NCBI RefSeq assembly: GCF_006345805.1
Contig: NC_042997.1
Span: 15,252,001 to 15,316,000, forward strand
Direction of reading: 5' to 3'
Source: Octopus sinensis
Lineage: Eukaryota
DNA length: 64,000 bases
Shown here one piece after another: positions 50,009 to 62,100 of this stretch. The notes beneath the pieces were generated by a model, which was not told the origin of the DNA, ran no database searches, and worked only from the letters and a program-made list of their open reading frames with translations. The translations under genes and the position numbers were made by a program. Each line of letters begins with the position of its first letter. Positions within the stretch are counted from its first letter, which is position 1.

Positions 50009-53000
50009 GTTTAACGTCCGCTTTCCGCGCTAGCACGGGTTGGACGGTTTGACCGGGTCTGGGAAGCCAAGGCCGCTCCAGGCTCCAGTCTGAATCTGGC
50101 AGAGTTTCTACGGCTGGATGCCCTTCCTAACGCCAACCACTCCGTGAGTGGATTGGGTGCTTTTTACGTGCCACCTGCACAGGGGCCGGAGGGTCCGGCA
50201 TCGTCACGATCGGATTCGAGCATTTTAACGTGTCAGCGGCACGGGGGCAACGAGGTCCGGGGTACTTTGGGGACTGGGGTATTTTGGGGATCCGGGGTAC
50301 TTTGGGGATCCGGGGTACTTAGAATGGGTAGGGGGGTACTTAGAATGGGTAGGTGACGAGGCGGGAGGGTACTAAAAGGGGATGGTCGGATTGAGGCAGT
50401 GTCAGGAGGAAGCGTAAGATCGGTGGGCAGTTGATGAGCTATGGCGCTAGCAGCTTGTCTTAAGCATATGAGGAGAAGTGGTAGTGGGAGGAGGAGGAGG
50501 GAGTAGGGCGTACCCAGTGTAGATGAGTAAGGTGTATCCGGTGTAGATAGAGAGAACGGGGTATACTGGTATTGGTGGTGGGGGGGGTGAGAACAGTGTT
50601 CAACGGTATTGGTGGTGGGGGTGAGAACAGTGTTCAACGGTATTGGTGGTGGGGGTGAGAACAGTGTTCAACGGTATTGGTGGTGGGGGTGGGGGGGCGG
50701 GCGCACCGCCAATGACTGAAAGATGGGAAAAAGATGGGATTACGGCTTGAGGCAGCCTGCGGTTAAATATTGTAGAGAGAGAGATAGGAAGATAAATCAA
50801 GTTATGGCGAAGGCTTGAAAGTATCTTAAAAAAGGTTAAATTTTCGTAACAGTGTATGAATAAACGTATTAACAACGAATAAAAAATATAGTAAGATAAA
50901 TTTTTTAAGAACTTGCTGCGGTCATCGAGCGGGAGTTGAAATTGAAGAAGAAAGTAGTTGAACTGGGAATTTAAATTGCAGAATCGTAATAGTAATAGTA
51001 ATGGCGGTTTTCAAGTTTTAGCATATGAAGAAGAAGAGGAGGAAAAAGAAAAAAGAAGACCGCCAATGACTGAAAGATGGGAAAAAGATGTCATGTATAT
51101 AATTAATTAAAAATAAAGGAAATTAAGGCGGCGAGCTGGCAGAAACGTTAGCACGCCGGGCGAAATGCATAGCCGTATTTCGTCTGCTGTTACGTTCTGA
51201 GTTCAAATACCGCCGAGGTCGACTTTGCCTTTCATCCTTTCGAGGTCGATAAATTAAGTACCAGTTACGCACTGGGGTCAATATAATCGACTTAATCCGT
51301 GTGTCTGTCCTTGTTCATCCCCTCTATGTTTAGCCCCTTGTGGGCAATAAAAAAATAAAAAAATAAAAAATAAAGGAAATTAAATTCAGAAGTATATATA
51401 TATATATAACTAAGATAGAAAGAATGTTCACATCATACTGTTTACATTCCACTTACTCCACAACTTTACATTACCAGTGAGGTATAAAAAAAAAAAGCAG
51501 TGAAGGAAGTTAAAAGTTCAGACTAAATGGCATTTGAAACTAATTAACATTTTGGGACTTTATTACTGTTCTTATTATTTTAATATCAGTCCATTGTCCG
51601 GAAATCTTTTGTCACGCATCTATGACCTCTTCAGCAACACTTTTCATTTCTGTGTGTGTTCTTGCTTCACTTACTCCATTGAGTAAGTCGCTGAAGGGGT
51701 CACAGATGTGTGACGAAAGATTTCCAGACAATGGACACATGTTAAAATAATATGAACAGTAATAAACGAGGTTTAAAAAGTGAATTAAGGAAAATCTGTC
51801 AGATAAAAAATAACTTGAAAATACTGATGAGGACAGTCACAAATTAATTAACACAGTTAAGATATCACACTAGGAAGTAATAAAATGTTCAAATTGTTAT
51901 AAAATCAGTACAAAGCGGAATATTTAAAGCAGTGGTTTTAATATCTAGGCCGGATCCAAAATCTGGATTTTTTTTAGGGGCCATCCCAAAAATAGAAAAC
52001 AAGACAATTAAAGAAAAATTTATATCATCATCATTTAACATCCGCTTTCCATGCTAGCATGGGTTGGACGATTTGACTGAGGACTGGCAAACCATATGGC
52101 TGCACTAGGCTCCAATCTTGAACTGGCAGAGTTTCTACAGCTGGATGCCCTTCCTAACGTCAACCACTCCGAGAGTGTAGTGGGTGCTTTTACATGCCAC
52201 CAGCACGAGGGCCAGTCAGGCGGTACTGGCAACGACTTCGCTTGAATTTTTTTCACGTGCCACCAGCACAAGTGCCAGTAAAGCAAGGAAGACCACTGGG
52301 ATCTGCTAGAAGGATGCTTGATGGCTGATGTGACCCTGTGAGCTAATGTCGAGGTGCAAACATAGGCTGCGTGGTTAAGATGTTCACTCTGCAACCATGT
52401 GGTTCTTGGTTTGACCCCACTAACTGGAACTTTGGGTAAGTATTATGATTAGAATTAAGTTCCCTGGCATCAATTCACCATGAGGAAAGTTCACCATGAA
52501 CTTTAGAGTTCGAAAACAAGGATTTTCTAATTCTTTTACTGTGATTATATATTGTTATAAAATCAGTACAAAGCGGAATATTTAAAGCAGTGGTTTTAAT
52601 ATCTAGGCCGGATCCAAAATCTGGATTTTTTTTAGGGGCCATCCCAAAAATAGAAAACAAGACAATTAAAGAAAAATTTATATCATCATCATTTAACATC
52701 CGCTTTCCATGCTAGCATGGGTTGGACGATTTGACTGAGGACTGGCAAACCATATGGCTGCACTAGGCTCCAATCTTGAACTGGCAGAGTTTCTACAGCT
52801 GGATGCCCTTCCTAACGCCAACCACTCCGAGAGTGTAGTGGGTGCTTTTACATGCCACCAGTCCCAAATGTTAATTAGTTTCAAATGCCATTTAGTCTGA
52901 ACTTTTAACTTCCTTCACTGCTTTTTTTTTTATACCTCACTGGTAATGTAAAGTTGTGAAGTAAGTGGAATGTAAACAGCATGATGCGAACATTCTTTCT

Positions 53001-56000
53001 ATCTTAGTTATATATATACTCCTGAATTTAATTTCCTTTATTTTTTATTATTTTTTTTTTTTTGCCCACAAGGGGCTAAACATAGAGGGGACGAACAAGG
53101 ACAGACACACGGATTAAGTCGATTATATAATCTGTAAACTTCATCACAATCATCATTCCTTATGGTGAACTTAAGAGGCATGAAGTTTTATAGTCCTGAC
53201 TTGAACAATTTGCGTTGAAAGTGGAATTTGTCAGAAACTGTATGGAAACCCATTGTATATATGTCAAACTTATTCTAGCATGGGTTTGACAAATGAATGT
53301 TATCCCTTTAGCATTCAGAGTGCTCTGTCAAATGTAATACTTATTTATTCACACTGTTTTGAATTAATCATAAATTACCTTGTAGCTTTCAGATTTCAAT
53401 ACTGTTATTGTATATTTTTAGAATGACATTGTAGGATATGTGTAAAATGCCAGATCTCGACATTTTGAACATAATACAGGGAAAATATTTGGGCTGGATA
53501 TAACTGGATTAAATAAGGAGATGACAATGATGACGGCTTTCTTCTGGATTATGGTCCAAGATGTTTGTGTCTAGCAGTAATGTCATCACAAACATAAGGG
53601 TAGGACTATTGTGGGTCTAACTTGAGCTTTAAAGAGGATCAGTAACTGATTGGAGATGAAGAGGCAGGCTAGTCCATGGAAAACAGCTTAATTACTTATG
53701 TGGGAGTATGCCAGGAAAGTTCAGAGAAACTATGCTATGTGTCTTTTCAAATGAGAAGTATTTTTAGCACAATAAAGCGTAATAGGATTTTAAAAAGATA
53801 CGTACAAACCCCGTTGGTCCACAGCTATTGACCGTATATTAGATTTATGGCACAACATTTTGACTAAATAATCTTTTGCATTTGGTGACCACAGTGTTAC
53901 AGTTCCTGCAAGATTAATGTGAATCACAAAACAAGAATTAAAACATAGGAACACAAATTGAAAATATGGCATGAAAAGTGGATAAATACACTTTCTATTA
54001 TTAATTACGCAAGTATATAAAGTCAGTAAGAATCTGATGTCAGCCAGGCAGACTGAGGAAAACAAGCATAAGTTATTTATGAAAGGTCAGAATACTATTG
54101 CTCTTGTATGGTTTGAACTCATGATCTCTGAGATCAGTAAGCTAAAAAGTGCCTCATCATCAAAATCAGGTCATGACATAAATAAGGTGCTATTTAAATG
54201 TTCACAAATAACTAAATGTCTTTCTTTCTCTGCTATCAAATCAACAAATGGCACAGGTGGATTCTCAAGTGCTTTGTGTTTGTCATGGAATTTTTTAGAA
54301 TAGAAAGAGTGGTATTTTTTTATGGGGCACCATCTTGGCAGCTATATACAGAGAAATTTTTCACAATTGTTGGGACTCAGAGAGTAAAGAGCTAGAAATA
54401 ACATAAAGCATTTTGTTTGATGCTCTAACAATTCTGTCAGTCCATTGCTCTGGACTGGTACTTGACCTTTCATCAATTCAGGGTCAGTAAAATAAAATAA
54501 AATTAACCTGCATGGCCTCAATGTGCCTACGCATGTCCTCAGCATTCATGGCCCATGTTTCATGTAGCATGGCAGTTCGCACACATGCATCATACAGTCT
54601 ACCTTTCACCCTGAAGCCCTTAGTTGCCAGCAGAGGTAGGAGTTCCCTGAACTTTGCTCAGGCTCTTCTTACTCTAGTTGCTACACTCTCAGAGCAACCA
54701 CCCCCACTACAGATTTGGTCGCCTAGGTAGCAGAAGCTATTAACTACTTCTAGTTTTTTCCTCTGACATGTGATGGAATCTATTTTCTGTACATCTTACG
54801 TGTTTACTAAATCTGTGCATCTGCCACATACAAAAACTATTTTCCTGGTTAACCTTCCTTTGATATTGCTGCACCTTTTGTGTGTCCATAGCTTACACCA
54901 GGTACATCGTAAGGAGTTTCTACCCACGCCTTTTCTGCAGATCTAGTAGGGGCCATCTACATGAAGGGGGTTGTGATTTGACAGCCTTCCTACTTACTAA
55001 GACTTTGGTTTTTGCTAGGTTAACCCTAAGGCCCTTTAATTCTAGACTTTGCTTCCACACCTTAAACTTCATCATCAGTTCTGGCAGTGACTCAGTTATT
55101 AGAGCAAGGTCATTAGCATAGAGGAGCTCTCAGGGGCAGCCCGTCTTGAATTCCTCTGTTATTGCCTGGAGGATGCCTTTTATGTGTCACCAGCACAGCC
55201 ACAACTATGATTTTATTAGGCTTGATGAGTCTTTTAAAGCATAGCAAATTGGTAAAGGTCACAATCACCTGTCATTGCCTCCTTGAGACCCTACACATAT
55301 TTATAATAGGGCACGAATATATAGTTATTTTTAAAATAATGTATTTTAAACATAAATTTCACAAATAGTAACTATGCTTTGTTTGCCAGTGCCACTGGAC
55401 TGGCTCCTGTGCAGGTGGCACGTAAAAAAAATAACACTTGAGCGTGGCCGTTGCCAGTACTGCCTGACTGGCTCTCGTGCCGGTGGCATGTAAATGCACC
55501 CACTACACTCACGGAGTGGTTAGTGTTAGGGAGGGCATCAAGCTGTAGAAACTCTGCCAGATCAGACTGGAGCCTGGTGCAGTCATCTGGTTCTCCAGTC
55601 TTCACTCAAATCGTTCAACCCATGCTAGCATGGAAAGCGGACATTAAACGACGACAACAATGATGAAAAGAAATGCATCGAATGAGTGGCGCATACCCTG
55701 CACACTCATAATTTTTTTGGCAAATTATAGTGTGGCATACAATATGTTGCTTACCGATGTTTTTTTACTTGAACTGATTTTTTTTTTAAGTATCACCATT
55801 ATAGGTGTTTATACTCCAGGGAAATTAAGAAATCAACTCGTAAATAAACAAAACCCTTGAATCCATCACTGTACTCACACACACACACATGCCCAGTTGC
55901 ATATTTATGTATGTTCAAAGATAATCAAATCAAATTTTCATCATTTTGAGCCACCCACCCAATGAGTATTTCTGCCAAATTTAGTGAAAATCCGTTCAGT

Positions 56001-59000
56001 TGTTTTCCAGTAATTTAGCAAACACACAGACAAAGACGAGTGATTACAATACTCTGCTTTCACTTACATGTGCAGGGCAATTAAAAAAAAAAGGGACTAA
56101 ATAGTATGAGCCCTTACCATTTGAATGTCCGAGGTGTATAATAGCATTAGATGGATTCTGACACATAACATTTAAACGGCCCATATTGGTTCTGATAGCT
56201 GAAACTTTACTACCAATGGAGGTGTCCAGGTAGGACAAATATCCTCTTGCATTCTGGAAAACAATAGAGATACACACCAAGTTATAACAATGTACTGAAT
56301 GTTGGAAAATCGTGTGTATGCTGAAAAGATGCTTACACATGTTGCAGTCACATTATATCATCCATTCATTTGAATCATCATCATTTGATACTCACTTTTC
56401 CATGCTTGCATGGGTCAGATAGAATTTGTTGTGGTAGGATGCCCTACCTGTTGTCAAACCTCACTTGTTTCCAGGCAAGGTAATATTTCCTCATAGCCAG
56501 ACTTGTTTTTCGTAGAAGACTGGAAATGAATACTGCTTGTATGACAGTGAAGCTCATTTACAACAATTATATGATGTCAAAATACACACACACACGATGG
56601 GCTTCTTCCAGTCTCTGTCAACTAAATCCACTCACAAGACTTTGGTGACACAGAGCCATAGTATAAGACATTTGAATGAATGATATAATGTTAGGTGAAG
56701 TCCAGGTTATATGGAAGGTGGTCTTAAAAACCAGTCATAAAAAACCATACCAAAAACACACACACCACATCAAAGTTTGATGAATTTTTGTGTGCATCAG
56801 ATGATGAAGGATTGAGAAGCTGAGACAATCCAAACCATGCTAGCATGGAAAAACAGGTATTAAGTGATGATGATAATCAGAGTGCATCAGATGAAAGATT
56901 GAGAAGCTGAGACTGTCCAAACCATGCTAGTATGGAAAAACAGGTGTTAAGTGATGATGATAAAAAATCAAGTGTTGTGAGGTAATGTGAGCTTATGAGG
57001 AATGATGAAGAAAAGTGGAGTGGGAACAAGACCAAGAACAAAAGGCAGATAGTGTATAGAACAGATCAGAATAAAGGTAATCTCAGAAAGAATTGAAACA
57101 AAACTGAATCAGATCAGATATTAGCAAGTTGGATCACACAGTGACACACATAAATATGCTATTCTGTAGTTCTGTCCAAACAATGCCAACATGAAGGTAG
57201 TCTAGATACACTATGTCTGGATAAAAGGCACGATGGTCATGACTATCTTAATTACAGCTTGTTTGATCAGTGCTGACATGGTACTAAACAACAAATAAAA
57301 AAAATGATGGTGGTGGTGGTGGTATTCATCATTGTAATTAGAAAATTGAGTAATGGGGTCTAAACATCCTTTATCCAGTAGGTCAGTACTTTGTCAATTA
57401 CAACCCTTATTTACTACACAAATACTACACTGATATCAGTTTAGGACAAACACTATGTTAGTGGTAGCTGAATAGTTCAGTGAGATGCTGTACAATTTGA
57501 TTTAAATGTAGGCACTTAAAACCTTCCATTAGAAAACTGATAAGCTCTGAAAACAAAATAACTTCAAAGCCATCCAGAGTTTGATGGTATAAACAACCAA
57601 TCACATATATGTATGCCTGAACTGCAAATGTAATATTATAACCATCAACATCATTACCCTTTAAATGTCTATACTGGTGGCGCGTAAAAAGCACCATCCG
57701 AATGTGGCCGATGACAGTGCCGTCTTGACTGATTCCGTGCCGGTGGCACGTAAAAAGCACCCATTACACTCATGGAGTGGTTGGCATTAGGAAGGGCATC
57801 CAGCTGTAGAAACATAGCCAGATCAGACTGGAGCCTGGTGCAGTCTCCTGGCTTCTCAGACCTTGGTCGAACTATCCAACCCATGCTAGCATGGAAAACG
57901 GACGTTAAACAATGAGGATGATGACTTCTATACTAGCATAGGTTATAAGAAATTGCAGTTGACTTTGTCCTTGATATTACTTCCTGGATTTTCTTTGGTG
58001 TTAATTTCTTATAATCTATTTTTGTGGATTCCGTTTTATATTCTTGCCTTCACAAGTAGCATCCTGACATTTTCACAACTTAAAATAAGGCTATTTTATT
58101 TCCATTTTCATTTTTAAAAGCCAAGGTAGAATTTGTTTTTATTACAAAGGAAAAGAATTCTTCACATTATTTTAGATATTTCATAAAGTCAATAAAGTAT
58201 ACTTACTGCTGCCACAAGCAGAAAGTGGTAAGGAAGGTATTCCATTTGTAAAGTTTGATCCAAAGTTTTCAAACAATGTATTTCAATGCCACGATTGTCA
58301 TAAATATAGGTCCATTGCTTCTGACTAACTGCAAACATAGTTTCCTGGTGAAGCCATCTGTTAAGATAAAAAATAAATACATTTCACTTATGACACAAAA
58401 AATTGTGTAAACCAGGAGGAAAAGAGAGTACTCAATACAAAATGTAGAGTTTTATCATATTCATTGGAAACTTTACAAAATTCTTACTCCAAGTTTCATC
58501 TCTGACAATGTGAAACTTGCTAAGGTCTATACTTGGTTTAATCCATTAGTATTCAAACCAGTAATATTCAGCCAGAATATTCTACCTGTTTTATGTCCAA
58601 ACTGACTAGATCCAGCCATTCCCACCTACCCAACAATGCCATTCTAAAAATAAAACAATCACATCATTGAAATCTTGAAGCTTTGGGATAATACATGATT
58701 AATTCAAAACAATGTGAATAAATAAGAATTACCTTTAACAGAATAATCTAAATGAAAAAGGGTTAAAAAAAAAACACATCATTTAACATCCCACTTCCAT
58801 GCTGGCACAGGTTGGATGGTTTGATAGAATCTGGCAGGCCAGAGGACTGCTGAACTGTGCTGTCTGCTTTGGCTTGGTTTCAATGTGTGGGTGTCCTTCC
58901 TAACACCAACCACTTTACAAACTGCATTGGGCACTTTTTACATGACACCAGCAATAGTGAAGTCACTAAATAACTTGCAAGACAAGAACCCGCTCAACTG

Positions 59001-59148
59001 AAGGGAAGAATAACACTGAAGGAGGTGGCTTTGTGCCAGTTAATGAGAGATTGGAGAATGAATAGTGGAGCAGAAACATGCGTCTTGCAGTGAAGAAGAT
59101 GCATAGCTACATTAGTTGGAAAAAAGAAAGTGGAAAGATAGGGGAGAG

Positions 59149-59180
<32 letters not shown>

Positions 59181-62100
59181 TTAAGAAGATATGATGGAGG
59201 GTACACTCAGGTTACAGGGAGGTGCATATAAGTGAAGTGAAACTAAGAATTGGATAGGGTGAGTAGGTGGGTAAGTTCATGAGACTGTGAAAGGAGAGCC
59301 GGATATGGAGGGGAGGTATGATGTAGTGATGGATGGACACAAGTGGAAGGAGTAGGGTGTGAGAAGGATACATCATGGGAAAGAAATTTGACAGGGAGAC
59401 ATTGTGTGCAGGTAGGCTTGCAAGGATGTGAAAGGGGAGATATATATATATCATTATTTAACTTTAAAGTCCATGTTTCATGTGTGCATGCATGTATGTA
59501 AGAAGCATCGGATGTGGCGTGCAGGAGAGACGGTTGCGTTGGTATGGTCATGTACTATAGATGGATGAGGAGAGATGTGTGAAGAAGTGCCACTCCCCAA
59601 CAGTTGAAAGAATCCAGAGTAGAGGTAGACCCAGGAAGACATGGGATAAGGTGGTCAGGCATGACCTTCGAACATTGGGCCTCACAGAGGCAATGATGAA
59701 GGACCGAGACTCTGGAGATATGCTGTGACTGCAAAGACCCAATAAATGAAGCGACTTCATGGCTTGTAGGATGGCCTGCTGTGCTTACCTTGGATCGTAG
59801 GGCGACCTGCTGTGCTTGAGGAGACCTATTGAGCCAAGTACATCAACATAAAAATAAAAATCAAATGGAAATTGTAGTTGTGATACACATGCCAGTGGCA
59901 TGTAAAAAGCACCAACTGATCGTGGCCTATGCCAGCCTCCTCTGGCCCCTATGCTGGTGGCACGTAAAAAGCACCCACTACACTCATGGAGTGGTTGGCA
60001 TTAGGAAAGGCATCCAGCTGTAGAAACACTGCCAGATCAGACTGGAGCCTGGTGCAGCCTCCTGGCTTCCCAGACCCCGGTCAAACAATTCAACCCATGC
60101 TAGCATGGAAAATGGACGTTAAACGATGATGATGATTATAGTAGAGGGAAAATGAAAACCAAAGAAGAAGAAACAACTCAAGTCATTTAGAATAATTTAA
60201 TTAGGGTAAGGTGAATTTGAAGTCTCAGAGCTGTTTCTGGGATAGCTCAAGTGGTAGATTAGCATGTCCATGCACTGGGTTACTTTTCTAAAATATCTGT
60301 ACCTTGTCTCTGATGATAGAATACCCAGTGCATGGACATGCTAACCCACCACTTGGGCTATCCCAGAAACAGCTCTAAGACTTCAAATTCACCTTACCCC
60401 AATTAAGTTATTCTCAATGACTTGAGATACTCATATTACCTTGGCTTTCACTTTTCCTAATATAATATACATCTGCTATAATGGAACCCTAACACGGATC
60501 CCTAGATCCATCCTTAGCTGTGATCTTGGAACCCAACTATCAACCAACAATAGCATTTACCCAGCATACCTATTTGTTTAGATCACATGTGAACTAAACC
60601 CCTCATATTCTATATATATATCTATGCGTGTCTGTCTTTGTCATCCCACCACTGCTTGATAACTGGTGTGTTTACATCCAAGGAACTTAGCAGTTTAGCA
60701 AAAGAGACTGACAGAGTAAGTACCAAGCTTCAAAAAATAAGTACTATATTAGTATATAATTATGCAATTATATAAATATAAATGTTTTATGTAGTAAACA
60801 TAATAAACATAGGCAAAGGAGTGGCCGTATGATAAATAGCTTGCTTACCAACCACATGGTTCTGGGTTCAGTCCCACTGCTTGGCACCTAGGGTTGATCA
60901 AAGTGGATATGATAGACAGAAACTGACAGAAGCCCGTCGTGTGTGTGTGTGTATATGGTTGTGTGTCTGTGTTTGTTCTCACAACACCGCTCGACAACTG
61001 ATGCTGGTGTGTTTATGTCCCCCGTAACTTAGTGGTTTGGCAAAAGAGGCCAATAGAACGAGTACTACTCTTACAAGGAAAAAGTCGATTTGCTCGACTA
61101 AAGACGGTGCTCCAGCATAGCTGCAGTCTTTTGGTTGAAACAAGTAAAAAAAAAAAAAAAAAAGAAATTATTGTGCTTGAGCGCAATTAAATACTGTAGC
61201 CTATGTTTTTCTACCTCTTAGCCTAAATATACTGTTCTGAAGAGGCAAAATATTGATGCAAGCAAGAAGTTAGAGATGCTGCACAAGATATGGAAGTGGA
61301 GATCAACAGAATATTCTGACCTGTACTCAGATCTAACAGGACAAGAGGCAGATCAGGTTACAATGAGGCAGTAGGGGTGCAAATAAGGAGAAATTAGGTG
61401 TGGTATTTTTCAGGGCTTATAAATCACTGAGAACAAAGCAAGGCCTGAGGTATGTTGTAAGGGGAAGGAGGTAGGCAGGGGTTTCTTCTTTTAACCCTTT
61501 AGAATTTAAACCAGTCCTATCAGGCTCAAATATTCTATCTGTTTTCTGTTCAAACCAGCCAGATCCAGCCTGTTACACCTGCATTACAATGTCATTCTAA
61601 AAATGAACACTCACATCATTAAAACCTTGAAGCTACAAGATAATGCATGATTTATTTTAAAAAGTTATGAATAAATAAGTATTACATTTGATGGACTGAT
61701 CTGAATGCTAAAGGGTTAATATCCTCGACAGGCCTCTGTGATGTGGGCATGTAACAAACACCATCCGATCGTGGCCGTGCCAGCCTCGCCTGGCTTCCGT
61801 GCCGGTGGCACGTAAAAAACACCATCCGAGCGTGGCCGTTCGCCAGCCTCGTCTGGCACCTGTGTCGGTGGCACGTAAAAAACACCATCCGAGCGTGGCC
61901 GTTCGCCAGCCTCGTCTGGCACCTGTGTCGGTGGCACATAAAAAGCACCCACTACACTCACGGGGTGGTTGGCGTTAGGAAGGGCATCAAGCTGTAGAAA
62001 CACTGCCAGATCTGACTGGCCTGGTGCAGCCTTCGGGCTTCCCAGACCCCAGTTGAAGCGTCCAACCCATGCTAGCATGGAAAGCGGACGTTAAACGATG

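Noticed and set aside
50233-50875. Pro/Thr-rich ORFs of 134 and 91 aa
   Set aside because: They arise from G-rich minisatellites, have non-ATG starts and show no domain signature.
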